Positions 8,698 through 18,059 of a stretch of DNA of 64,000 nt are shown here, piece after piece. The position numbers were made by a program, and so were the translations under genes. How positions within the stretch are numbered: position 1 is the stretch's first letter; each line of letters starts with the position of its first letter. Below the pieces are notes generated by a model. The model made no database searches, was not told the origin of the DNA, and saw only the letters and a program-made list of their open reading frames with translations. The stretch is from a virus. The stretch covers positions 1-64,000 of the IMG/VR virus record IMGVR_UViG_3300043783_000034, one strand, 5' to 3'.

Positions 8698-10053
8698 ATG
8701 GCTAAAGCGGCGGCCGCAAAGGCAAAAGCGAAACGCGACAACCGAAAGCCGCGTTCTGTCAAGAAAAATGCCATGCCTGTAAACGCTCCTTCGGCGCCCG
8801 CAGCACCGCCCCCTGAACCTCGCGTGACACCCCAGCCTGGCATTTGGCCGGCCGACCAAGTTGAGCGCCGCGCCGTGCGCGATTTGCTCGCTTACCCACG
8901 CAATGCGCGTACACACTCGCCCGAGCAGGTGGCACAACTCGTCGCCAGCATGCGCGAGTTTGGATGGACGACGCCGCTCCTCGTCGACGAGCAAGGCGTC
9001 ATCATCGCGGGCCACGGTCGCTTGATGGCCGCTCACCAGCTTGGCGTCACGGAAGTGCCGGCCATGGTCGCGCGGGGCTGGAGCGATGACCAGAAGCGCG
9101 CTTACCGCATTGCCGACAACGCTATTCCGCTCAATGCCGGCTGGGATCAGGACGCGCTGCGGATCGAGTTGCATGAACTCAAGGCGAGCGACTATGATCT
9201 CGCATTGACCGGCTTCGGCGATGTCCAGCTTGTGCAGTTCATGGCGATGCCGCCTACAGCACGCAATCCAGATGCGGCCCCTGAACCTCCTGGGAATCCA
9301 GTCACCAAGACAGGCGATATCTGGCTGCTCGGCAAGCACCGCCTACTTTGCGGCGATGCCACCGACGGCGAACAGGTCAAGGCGCTGTACGCCAATCACC
9401 GGCCGCACCTGATGGTTACCGATCCGCCCTATGGCGTCGATTACGATGCCGATTGGCGCAGTGCTTTCGTTCACTTCGTCGGGGACGTCGTTTACGCCTG
9501 GCATGCCGACCGGCATGCCAGTTTGGTGCAGGATAGTCTCCACGCATGTGATTTTGAAATGAGGTGCCAAATCATATGGGCAAAAGAACGCTTCGTCATT
9601 TCCAGAGGGGATTATCATTGGCAGCATGAGCCGTGTTGGTATGCCGTACGCAAAGGAAAACCCGGACAGTGGAGCGGTGATCGCTCGCAAAGCACCCTTT
9701 GGACCATCGCTCATGTCAAAAGCGAAACGGGGCATAGCACGCAAAAGCCCATCGAATGCATGAAACGCCCGATCGAGAACAATAGCCGCGTCGGCGATGC
9801 CGTTTATGATCCGTTCGTGGGATCCGGAACGACGATCATCGCCTCCGAACTCACCGGTCGGGTGGCGCTCGCTATGGAAATTGACCCAATCTACTGCGAC
9901 GTAGTTGTGCTGCGCTGGCAGACATACGCCAAGGGCGAAGCACGGCTTGAGGCCACAGGTCAGACCTTCACCGAGGTGGCCGCCAAGCGGCTGCCAAAAG
10001 AAAAGGGCACCGGCCAAGGCCAGCGCCCTGCTGTGGGCGCCTCCGCGCCATGA
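8698..10053 (+). CDS. ParB-like N-terminal domain fused to an N6/N4 DNA methyltransferase
   Basis: NARTH, IIAGHGR, IADN; DPPY; HSTQKP; DPFVGSGTT. Confidence 0.92.
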   Translation: MAKAAAAKAKAKRDNRKPRSVKKNAMPVNAPSAPAAPPPEPRVTPQPGIWPADQVERRAVRDLLAYPRNARTHSPEQVAQLVASMREFGWTTPLLVDEQGVIIAGHGRLMAAHQLGVTEVPAMVARGWSDDQKRAYRIADNAIPLNAGWDQDALRIELHELKASDYDLALTGFGDVQLVQFMAMPPTARNPDAAPEPPGNPVTKTGDIWLLGKHRLLCGDATDGEQVKALYANHRPHLMVTDPPYGVDYDADWRSAFVHFVGDVVYAWHADRHASLVQDSLHACDFEMRCQIIWAKERFVISRGDYHWQHEPCWYAVRKGKPGQWSGDRSQSTLWTIAHVKSETGHSTQKPIECMKRPIENNSRVGDAVYDPFVGSGTTIIASELTGRVALAMEIDPIYCDVVVLRWQTYAKGEARLEATGQTFTEVAAKRLPKEKGTGQGQRPAVGASAP

Positions 10054-10839
10054 TCACTTGCCCTCCGGCGTGCCGTAGTAGCGCGTCGGCTCACCTTTGA
10101 CCTTCTCCTTGCGCAGCTTGAGGCCGACCGCTCTCGCCTGCGCCGGTACGCTCACCGCAGGCCAGCCGGTGGTCTTGAGAATCTCAGCAGTCGTGCAGCC
10201 GCTCTTGCGCTGGAGCAATTCGCCAATGAGGGCAGTCTTGGTCTTACCGCCATTGAGTGCCCGCTTCGTGGCGGTGGCCTTCGCCTTCGTCTTCGGCATA
10301 GTGATCTCTCTGTCAGGGCCAATTCGCCGCTTATCACGGGCTACCCTTGCGTCACGCGCCTGATTGGTTTCCGGTGTCCGAACCAAGCAAGCCGGAATGT
10401 CGAGGCCATCGCCGACTGGTTTAGCAGGGCCGCCGCCTGCGAAAGCAGGGGCAGGAATAGCCTCAAGCGGTGCGGTCGCTAGGGGTACAGCGGCCTGATT
10501 GATGGCCTCTCCACGGCCTTCCTCGGCGGTTCTGGCGGCAAGTGGCGGCGAGGCACCGGCGGCAGCATTCAATTTCATCGCGAGCGACAAGGTGCTCGGG
10601 CGCTTGCCGCCGTTGGCTTTTGCCTGTGCTTCTGTATCGGGTTTGACAGTGTCGGTCGGCCGCCAAATCCATGCGCCGTCGACCTTCATTGTCTCAAATT
10701 CGAACTCGTGTCGGGCGTGCGGTCCGAGCGTGAGCGTCGCTGCTGCCTTGGCATCGGCCTGCCGTTTGAAACGATCCTGTCCCTTCCGGGCAGTCGTAGT
10801 CGATAACTTGGCGGTATTGCCAGCGTGAATCGCCATCAT
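10054..10839 (-). CDS. Hypothetical with C-terminal DUF3489-like winged helix
   Basis: KTALIGELLQRKSGCTTAEILKTTGW. Confidence 0.65.
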   Translation of the reverse strand: MMAIHAGNTAKLSTTTARKGQDRFKRQADAKAAATLTLGPHARHEFEFETMKVDGAWIWRPTDTVKPDTEAQAKANGGKRPSTLSLAMKLNAAAGASPPLAARTAEEGRGEAINQAAVPLATAPLEAIPAPAFAGGGPAKPVGDGLDIPACLVRTPETNQARDARVARDKRRIGPDREITMPKTKAKATATKRALNGGKTKTALIGELLQRKSGCTTAEILKTTGWPAVSVPAQARAVGLKLRKEKVKGEPTRYYGTPEGK

Positions 10840-10964
10840 GGTGGTCCCCTCCAATCGGGTTGTCGGCATGGTCGCCGTTCAAGGGGCAAGCAAAGATCAC
10901 CGCCCCTTGGGCTGCGATCAGGCCAATTCCAAATCCGCAATGAGGCAGGGAGCGCGCACGTCAT
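10836..10964 (-). CDS. Short ORF behind the conserved leader
   Basis: AGAGGAG RBS; ATGA overlap with the next gene. Confidence 0.4.
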   Translation of the reverse strand: MTCALPASLRIWNWPDRSPRGGDLCLPLERRPCRQPDWRGPP

Positions 10965-10966
10965 AA

Positions 10967-11043
10967 TCTCCTCTGTGAGGGCGGGCCCATCGGGCCCCGG
11001 TTGACAACGTGGAACATATAGCAAAAAGTAGGCGTGTCAATAC
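10967..11043 (-). promoter_or_regulatory. Sigma70-like promoter plus conserved leader (copy 2)
   Basis: GTATTGACA-16-TATGTT; 21-nt identity with 5773-5793. Confidence 0.65.
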
Positions 11044-11068
11044 CAAAGAGCGAAAGGGTTAAATCCCT

Positions 11069-11464
11069 ATGCCCCGGGCCACCGCTTCCTCTCGGACGCT
11101 CGCGATCGCCGCCCGCTTGGCGGAAGGCGGGATCAGCTACTCCGCCGTAGGCCGCGAATTCGGCGTCAGCCGACAGCGCGTGGAGACCATAGCCAAGAAG
11201 GCCGGTCTGCGTTCCAGCTGTTCCTTGATCGCGTGTGCCGAGCGCCGCGCCCGTCGCGAGCAAAGCAAGCGCGCTGCCCGCGCGCGCGCGGTGAAGCAAA
11301 TCGAAGCCGTCCGTAAAGCCATCGAAGAACTTGGAATGTCGATCAAAGAAGCTGCCGCCCATCTGCGTATCCCCCATTACACAGTCGCCTATATCGTCCA
11401 GAGCCGCGGCTTCCGGTGCCATCGGCAAAGCGGGAACCCAAACTACCGGAAGGAGCCCGTCTGA
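11069..11464 (+). CDS. Double HTH protein
   Basis: SYSAVGREFGVSRQRV; MSIKEAAAHLRI. Confidence 0.7.
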   Translation: MPRATASSRTLAIAARLAEGGISYSAVGREFGVSRQRVETIAKKAGLRSSCSLIACAERRARREQSKRAARARAVKQIEAVRKAIEELGMSIKEAAAHLRIPHYTVAYIVQSRGFRCHRQSGNPNYRKEPV

Positions 11465-11742
11465 TGTTCAAGCCCGGCGACCGCGTCCGCTGCATCGACG
11501 CGGAAAATTCCTTGGCGATCCTCACGGAGGGCGCGGTCTACACCGTGGCCGGACTACGTGGCGGCATCCCGAGGCAGCGGAGACACCGTAATCACGCCTT
11601 ATGTCCCGACGGCTTGATCCTGCAAGGGATCGCTCTGCCATCGTGGGCGGGATCCTTCGCCGCCGCCCGCTTCGTCCTTATCAATCCGCGGGAAACCTCC
11701 ATTGAAGTCTTTACGCGCATGCTCGAAGGCGGCTACCGGTAG
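11464..11742 (+). CDS. Hypothetical phage protein
   Basis: MFKPGDRVRCID; TGATG coupling. Confidence 0.65.
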   Translation: MFKPGDRVRCIDAENSLAILTEGAVYTVAGLRGGIPRQRRHRNHALCPDGLILQGIALPSWAGSFAAARFVLINPRETSIEVFTRMLEGGYR

Positions 11743-11816
11743 GTTCATGTAGAGGTCCCTTGCAATCCGTATGCAGTATGATATACACACGGCCGGATGT
11801 CAATAGGGCTGCATAC

Positions 11817-12110
11817 ATGAAATTTCGCGAAGCGACCGACCAACTATTCAGCCAAATCGAGCACGGCGAGCTTGCCGAAAGGTTGCATGTGTCGATAGCA
11901 TCTATCAGGCAGGCAAGGTTGAAGCCTGACGCGCTTGCTCATAGAGCACCGCCCAAAGACTGGGAGCAAGCAGTAGTGAGCTTGGCCGAGCAAAGGATTG
12001 AACACTATCGAAAGTTGGCGGAAGCGTTGCGAAAAGAAAATAATCAAAACACTATCAGCAGCAAACAGCAGATACGTGGTCGCCCGATAACGGAGTGCCG
12101 CGCGATTTGA
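11817..12110 (+). CDS. HTH protein, lower GC
   Basis: ELAERLHVSIASIRQAR. Confidence 0.65.
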   Translation: MKFREATDQLFSQIEHGELAERLHVSIASIRQARLKPDALAHRAPPKDWEQAVVSLAEQRIEHYRKLAEALRKENNQNTISSKQQIRGRPITECRAI

Positions 12111-12141
12111 TTATTTGATTCTGCCCCTGTAAATTTCAAAA

Positions 12142-12651
12142 ATGCCCCGGGGTGGAAGGCGAGAAGGTGCAGGCCGGCCGCGAAAGACGCGCCCCAAGCG
12201 CGTGCAGGATGCGCTCGAGCGCGGCGCTACGATTCAGGCCGCAAGCCGCAAAGCTGACAAGAAGCAGGCGGTGCAGGTGCTCGAGGATTTCATGTTGCTG
12301 TGCGCTGGCATGGCGGCTTACTTTCAACCGCGCCCGCCAACGGCCGCCGAGCAGAATCCCAATGCGGATGAAGGCAAATTCCTCGATTACATGGAGCGCG
12401 CATGCGACTATGCGATCGGGCTAGCGCGCTATCAGTCGCCCAGCTTCAAGGCGGTGCTCGCAACCATCCTGACCCCTGGACAGCCCGCTATGGCCGTAGG
12501 CGGGGAGCTACCCCAGCTTCCCGTCCCTGAAACGCACCGGCAGTCCGCTAATGCGCAGGGCGAAGGCGCCAAGGTGATTGATCTGCGCCCTGACGAGGCA
12601 GAGCTCGCCCGGGTCTACCAGCGCATCGTGGGCGCAACCCGCGTTGCTTGA
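12142..12651 (+). CDS. Putative terminase small subunit
   Basis: MPRGGRREGAGRP; directly upstream of TerL. Confidence 0.65.
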   Translation: MPRGGRREGAGRPRKTRPKRVQDALERGATIQAASRKADKKQAVQVLEDFMLLCAGMAAYFQPRPPTAAEQNPNADEGKFLDYMERACDYAIGLARYQSPSFKAVLATILTPGQPAMAVGGELPQLPVPETHRQSANAQGEGAKVIDLRPDEAELARVYQRIVGATRVA

Positions 12652-14305
12652 CGTCGTTCGCCCGCGGCTGAACTTCCGCAATCCAGACTATGGCAAGATC
12701 TTCCGCGAGCGCCTACTCGCCCTCGACAACATCCGGCGCGACCCGGGTTGCCTGCCGGACCTGCGGGCTTATTATCGCGATAACGTCCCCGACTTCATTT
12801 CGGATTGGGGGATCACCTTCGAGCCGCGCAACGTTGAAATCGGCAAGCCATCGATCGTGCCGATGGTGCTCTTTGATAAACAACGCGAATTCATAGAATG
12901 GATCGTCTGGCACTGGAAAGACCAGACGCCAGGCTTGGCCGAGAAGTCGCGCGATGTGGGCGCGACGTGGTGTGCAGTCGCGACCGGCTGCGCACTTTGC
13001 ATCTTTTACGAGGGCTTCGCCGTCGGCGTGGGCTCTCGTAAGGGCGAGTACGTCGACAAAATCGGCACCATGAAGCCGATCCTGCCCAAGGCGCGTATGT
13101 TCATGCGCAACCTTCCGGTCGAGTTCCGGGCTGGCTGGGAAGAGTGGCGCGACGCGCCGTACATGCGCCTGAACTTCCCGGACACCGGCTCACTGATGAC
13201 CGGCGAGGCTGGTGATGCCATTGGCCGCGGGGATCGGACGTCGATCTATTTCGTGGACGAAGCTGCTCATTTGGAGCGGCCGCGCAGCGTCGACGCCTCC
13301 TTGTCGATGACCACGAACTGCCGCATCGACATGTCTTCGGTCAACACGATGAACAACCCGTTTGCCGAAAAACGGTGGAGCGGCAAGGTCGACGTTTTCG
13401 TATTCGACTGGCGCGACGATCCGCGCAAGGACGAGGCTTGGTACAAAAAGAAATGTGAAGAACTCGATCCAGTCGTCGTCGCCCAAGAGATCGATCGCGA
13501 CTATCAGGCCTCTGCGACCGGCGTCATCATCCCGGCCGATTGGGCGCGCGCGTGCCTGGACGCGGCCGCAAAGCTCGGCGTCGAGATCACGGGCGAGCGG
13601 TCGATTGCCCTCGACGTCGCGGACGAAGGCATTGACAAGAACGCGATCGTTGGCGGCAAGGGCATCGAAGTCTCGATCGCCATGGAATGGAGCGGCAAGG
13701 GAAGCGACATCCTCGAGACCACCCAGCACGCCTTCAATGTGGCCGACCAGTTCGACATCCGGCGCGTGCGTTACGACGCCGACGGCATCGGCGCCGGTGT
13801 GCGCGGCGACGCGCGCTCGATCAACGAAAAGCGCCGCTCGCTCAAGGCGCACGAGAAGGACTTCGAGCCGTTCCGTGGCAGCGAAGCGGTGGTCGACCCG
13901 GAAGGCATCGTCGACGGCACAATCGGCAGCGACGGCGACAAGGGCCGCACAAACGAGGATTACTTCGCCAACCGCAAGGCGCAGGGTTGGTGGTCGTTGC
14001 GCCGGCGATGCGAGCGCACGTGGCGATGGATAACCAAGGGCAACAAATGCGATCCCGACGCCATCCTCTCGATCAACACGAAAGAATGCAAGAACTGGCA
14101 AAAGCTGGTCACCGAAATGAGCCAGCCGACGTACAAGCCGAACGAAATAGGGAAACTGGTCGTCAACAAGAAACCGGACGGGATGAAGTCGCCGAACCTT
14201 GGTGACGGGCTGATGATGCGCTACGCGCCCGGCGCCCCGCGGCCGGTACGGTTTACGCCCGATTTGCTGTCGCGACTGCGTGGCATCCCGCGCCGGCGGA
14301 GTTGA
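12578..14305 (+). CDS. terL: Terminase large subunit (start uncertain)
   Basis: EKSRDVGATW, GRGDR, FVDEAAH, LDVADEG, SPNLGD. Confidence 0.93.
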   Translation: MICALTRQSSPGSTSASWAQPALLDVVRPRLNFRNPDYGKIFRERLLALDNIRRDPGCLPDLRAYYRDNVPDFISDWGITFEPRNVEIGKPSIVPMVLFDKQREFIEWIVWHWKDQTPGLAEKSRDVGATWCAVATGCALCIFYEGFAVGVGSRKGEYVDKIGTMKPILPKARMFMRNLPVEFRAGWEEWRDAPYMRLNFPDTGSLMTGEAGDAIGRGDRTSIYFVDEAAHLERPRSVDASLSMTTNCRIDMSSVNTMNNPFAEKRWSGKVDVFVFDWRDDPRKDEAWYKKKCEELDPVVVAQEIDRDYQASATGVIIPADWARACLDAAAKLGVEITGERSIALDVADEGIDKNAIVGGKGIEVSIAMEWSGKGSDILETTQHAFNVADQFDIRRVRYDADGIGAGVRGDARSINEKRRSLKAHEKDFEPFRGSEAVVDPEGIVDGTIGSDGDKGRTNEDYFANRKAQGWWSLRRRCERTWRWITKGNKCDPDAILSINTKECKNWQKLVTEMSQPTYKPNEIGKLVVNKKPDGMKSPNLGDGLMMRYAPGAPRPVRFTPDLLSRLRGIPRRRS

Positions 14306-14406
14306 CGGGGCGCGGCGACCGCCACTCTTTTGCGCCGCTGACACACTTGCCACGATCTTGAAAAACTTGGAAACAATCAAGTGGCCTTTTTCAAGCGAGG
14401 GACAGC

Positions 14407-16236
14407 ATGAGCGGCAATGGTCACGGCGGCGCGCGGCGCGGGTCAGGCCGCAAGAAACTGACCGCCATCGAAGGCGGCAAGCCAGCACCGGCTATTCCAG
14501 CCGAGCCGAAGAAGCCCGCGACCGCCCGAATCCTCGACATGGCGGCCTGGGCGCAAATTATCGAAGCCAGCCGCGACCGCGCCAGCGCTTCTGCTCGCCG
14601 CCCACGAACGCCCGAGTGGAATCCATTCCAGTGCGAGAAGCAGCGCGAATTGCACCCACCGATGGCGCGCCCGAAGGATCCCGCGAAGCTGATGGCGAAC
14701 GACAGCGCGCTCGTGTCGACCAATGGCTGGAACGCACAGCAATGGAGCGCCGGCGGCGTCTTTTCGAACTTCGCCAGCGAAGGCCTGCTGTTCGTCGGAT
14801 ACCCGTACTTGGCCGAGCTCGCGCAGCGCCCAGAGTATCGGCTGCTGTCCGAAATTCGCGCCGAGGAATCGACCCGCAAGTGGATCAAATATGTCGGCAA
14901 TGAAAAAGACGACAGAGCCGCGAATCGCACCGATGCCCGCATCAAGGAATTGAAGGATTACGCTGAACACCTGCAGGTCCGCCGATGGTTCAAGGACTTC
15001 GACGCGCAGGACAGCTTCTTCGGGCGCTCGCACATTTTCATCGATCTCGGGGCGGGTCTTGACCAAGTCAGCAATCCCGAGCTCAAGACGCCGATCGGCC
15101 ACGGACGCGATCAATTCACCGACGCCGCGATCAAGGAAGGCAAACTCGGCAAAGGCTGCCTCAAGGGTCTGCGCACCATCGAACCGATATGGGCCTACCC
15201 GACGACCTACAACGCAGTGAACCCGCTGTTGCCGAGTTGGTACGATCCGCAAGTCTGGTATGTGATGGGGACCGAGATCCACGCCACGCGCCTACTGACC
15301 GGCATCAGCCGGCCCGTGCCGGATATCCTCAAGCCAGCCTATAGCTTCGGCGGTTTGTCGATGTCGCAGATGGCGCAGCCTTACGTCCAAATCTGGCTTG
15401 ATACGCGCGCGGCCGTGGGTCAAATCGTCACAAATTACTCAATCATCGTTCTGCTGACCGATTTGCAGACGCTTATTCAGCCTGGCGGCGCCGATCTGAT
15501 CGGGCGGGCGGAAGGCTTCAACGCGCTGCGTGGCAACCAGGGCCTCTTCATGGCCAACAAGGCGACCGAGGACGTCAAGAACGTCGTCACGTCGCTGGCG
15601 GGTCTGCACGAACTCCAATCGCAGGCCCAGGAACACCTATGCAGTGTCGCGCGCATTCCGGGCACGAAGTTCACCGGCTTGCAGCCGCAGGGCTTCAATG
15701 CCACGGCTGAGGGCGAGATGCGCGCCTTCGAGGAAACGATCCACGGCCATCAGGAGGACTTTCATCGTCCGCGGCTTACGCCAGTGATCGACCTGATGAT
15801 GATCTCGCTGTGGGGCGAGCGCGACGACGACATCACTTTCGAGTTCTTGCCGTTGCAGGAAATGAGCGAGAAGGAGCGCAACGAAATGCGCAAGGTGGAC
15901 GCCGAGGCGGATGGGCAAGACATCGACCGCGGCGTCATCAGCCCGGAGGAGCGCCGGCGCAAGATCGCGGCTGATCCGGATTCGGGCTACAACGATATCA
16001 ACCCGAACGACGTGCCCGACTTACTTGAGGAAGAGGAAGAAGGTCTCGAGCCCGAGAAAGGGCGACCGCAGCCGGTCGCGGGCAAGGGGAAGGGCGGAAA
16101 AGAGGCGGCAAGCAAGGGCGGCGCCGAGGATGTATCATTTGACGATGCGGCGCTTAATCGCGCGCTGGGCCGCGGCGCGGTTAACACGAAGGACCAAGGG
16201 GCCAACCTTGAACAGCTGGAGACGAGGAATGAATGA
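14407..16236 (+). CDS. Portal protein (DUF1073-type)
   Basis: GYPYLAELAQRPEYR, IHATR, YSFGGLS; follows TerL. Confidence 0.88.
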   Translation: MSGNGHGGARRGSGRKKLTAIEGGKPAPAIPAEPKKPATARILDMAAWAQIIEASRDRASASARRPRTPEWNPFQCEKQRELHPPMARPKDPAKLMANDSALVSTNGWNAQQWSAGGVFSNFASEGLLFVGYPYLAELAQRPEYRLLSEIRAEESTRKWIKYVGNEKDDRAANRTDARIKELKDYAEHLQVRRWFKDFDAQDSFFGRSHIFIDLGAGLDQVSNPELKTPIGHGRDQFTDAAIKEGKLGKGCLKGLRTIEPIWAYPTTYNAVNPLLPSWYDPQVWYVMGTEIHATRLLTGISRPVPDILKPAYSFGGLSMSQMAQPYVQIWLDTRAAVGQIVTNYSIIVLLTDLQTLIQPGGADLIGRAEGFNALRGNQGLFMANKATEDVKNVVTSLAGLHELQSQAQEHLCSVARIPGTKFTGLQPQGFNATAEGEMRAFEETIHGHQEDFHRPRLTPVIDLMMISLWGERDDDITFEFLPLQEMSEKERNEMRKVDAEADGQDIDRGVISPEERRRKIAADPDSGYNDINPNDVPDLLEEEEEGLEPEKGRPQPVAGKGKGGKEAASKGGAEDVSFDDAALNRALGRGAVNTKDQGANLEQLETRNE

Positions 16237-16281
16237 TATCGCCGTAACTCTTGGACTTCATCGCCAAACAAAGGTGTAAGG

Positions 16282-16422
16282 ATGAACAAACACCACGCCG
16301 CCCACTACGTCATCGCCATGCTGCTCGCGGCCATTTCGGTGGTCGCTCTCGTCACCGTATGGCGCTTGCCAGCGCCAACCCATACGCATAGCTTCGGCTT
16401 CGGCGAAGCGGTGCCCAAGTGA
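16282..16422 (+). CDS. Small membrane protein
   Basis: YVIAMLLAAISVVALVTVW hydrophobic stretch. Confidence 0.4.
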   Translation: MNKHHAAHYVIAMLLAAISVVALVTVWRLPAPTHTHSFGFGEAVPK

Positions 16423-16455
16423 ATGGCGCAAATGGCGCGACTTGGTTGAAGCAAC

Positions 16456-16671
16456 ATGACGAATGAACAGAGGACTTGGCTTGTAGCTCACCCGGCCCAC
16501 GAAGCGGTCGGTACGGGGCGCATCTATTCGCAGACCGGCTGGCTGCGCACGGACGGGACGTTCATTCCAGACCGTCCGGGCTCTCGCCCGAGTGGCGTGC
16601 TTGTCGGCGCCTTCCGCGTCGGCATTCGTAAGGTGCCGAGCGATCACTTTCCGCAGGGACCCAGCAGGTGA
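16456..16671 (+). CDS. Hypothetical
   Basis: Fills the gap in the operon. Confidence 0.5.
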   Translation: MTNEQRTWLVAHPAHEAVGTGRIYSQTGWLRTDGTFIPDRPGSRPSGVLVGAFRVGIRKVPSDHFPQGPSR

Positions 16672-16672
16672 C

Positions 16673-17485
16673 ATGCGCGCGCTCCGCAAGGGCGAGAAGG
16701 CGCTGCCGCCGGTCCTAGCGAGTGCGGCGATCCAAGTTGCCTATAAGCGCGCGCTGTTCCAACTCACCGACGAAATGGCGAAGTCCTACGCGCGTCTGCT
16801 CAAGGCGCAGTATCGCGAGACTCCGCCGCGCATCGCCGATCTCGCCATGGATCGCACGCCGGCGGATATGCTGGCCGACGAACTCAAGAAGCTCGGCAAA
16901 CGCTGGCTGAAACGCTTTAACCAAGCTGCGCCGAAACTCGCCAACTGGTTCGCCAAGGAAGTCGACGATCGCTCGCAGCGCGTTCTCAAGAAGATCCTTC
17001 GCGACGCCGGCATCAGCGTCCGTTTCACCATGACGAAGGAAATGCGCGACGTGGCCGACGCCACGGTGCAGGAAAACATCTCGCTGATCCGCTCGATCGC
17101 CACGGAGTATCACACCCAGGTCGAAGGCATCGTCATGCGCAGCGTGACGCGCGGGCGCGATCTGGAAGACATGGTCAAGGAACTACAGGGGCGCTTCGGC
17201 ATCGAGCGTCGGCGGGCTGAACTGATTGCGCTCGACCAGAACAACAAGGCGACTGCAGCGTTCCGGCGCGTGCGCGAACTAGAACTCGGTCTCGACGTCG
17301 GGATATGGCTACACTCGCACGCTGGGAAGGATCCGCGGCCCACCCACATCGCGAATCACGGTAAACGGTTCAGCGTCAAGGACGGCTGGTTTGATTCGGA
17401 CCCGAAGGTGCGACGCGCGATTCTTCCGGGCGAACTCATCCGCTGTCGCTGTTCGTGGCGGCCGGTGGTGAAAGGCTTCACGTGA
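16673..17485 (+). CDS. MuF/SPP1 gp7-like minor head protein
   Basis: RAELIALDQ, WLHS..PRPTH, PGELIRCRC. Confidence 0.9.
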   Translation: MRALRKGEKALPPVLASAAIQVAYKRALFQLTDEMAKSYARLLKAQYRETPPRIADLAMDRTPADMLADELKKLGKRWLKRFNQAAPKLANWFAKEVDDRSQRVLKKILRDAGISVRFTMTKEMRDVADATVQENISLIRSIATEYHTQVEGIVMRSVTRGRDLEDMVKELQGRFGIERRRAELIALDQNNKATAAFRRVRELELGLDVGIWLHSHAGKDPRPTHIANHGKRFSVKDGWFDSDPKVRRAILPGELIRCRCSWRPVVKGFT

Positions 17486-17505
17486 CTATGCGCTCCAGTT
17501 AGAAA

Positions 17506-17811
17506 ATGAGCCGACAGCTTGTCCTGATTCCGTCCTATCGCTATCGCCGGCAGATGATGCTCGGCTGCGCCAGCTATTTCGTGCATCTGATGCCCGGCTG
17601 GCTGAGCGCGCCATTTGCCCATCAGGTCGGCGTGCCTGCTCAGCCGCGCTACTATCCCAAGGGTTCAATCAATGAGGCCCTATATTTCTTTCGCGAGGCG
17701 GTAAAGGCGCTCGGCGGCGAGCCCTTGACGAAGAACACGCGCGAGCTTGCGGCCGCGCAAAAGCGCCTGCGCGCAGCCTTGGCGGCTGCCCCGGTCAACA
17801 GCGCCGATTGA
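17506..17811 (+). CDS. Hypothetical
   Basis: Fills the gap in the operon. Confidence 0.5.
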   Translation: MSRQLVLIPSYRYRRQMMLGCASYFVHLMPGWLSAPFAHQVGVPAQPRYYPKGSINEALYFFREAVKALGGEPLTKNTRELAAAQKRLRAALAAAPVNSAD

Positions 17812-18059
17812 TCGACCATCCCATCGCGTGCTAAAGCCCGACTCGCGGCGGGAGACGAAAACTCCATGAAAAGCCATCCGAGTGGCCGGCCGGTGCGCTA
17901 TCAGCAGCGCCCGAAGTCGCGCGAGATACGATGGAATATCCCGCGCGAAAGGTTCGCCTCGCCGGGTCTCAAGCCAACCGTCCCCCTTCCCAATGCCATT
18001 GGATTTCATCGGGTAGCCCCAACGGCGGAATGGGGCGGGTCATGGGCGCGGCGAACGCC

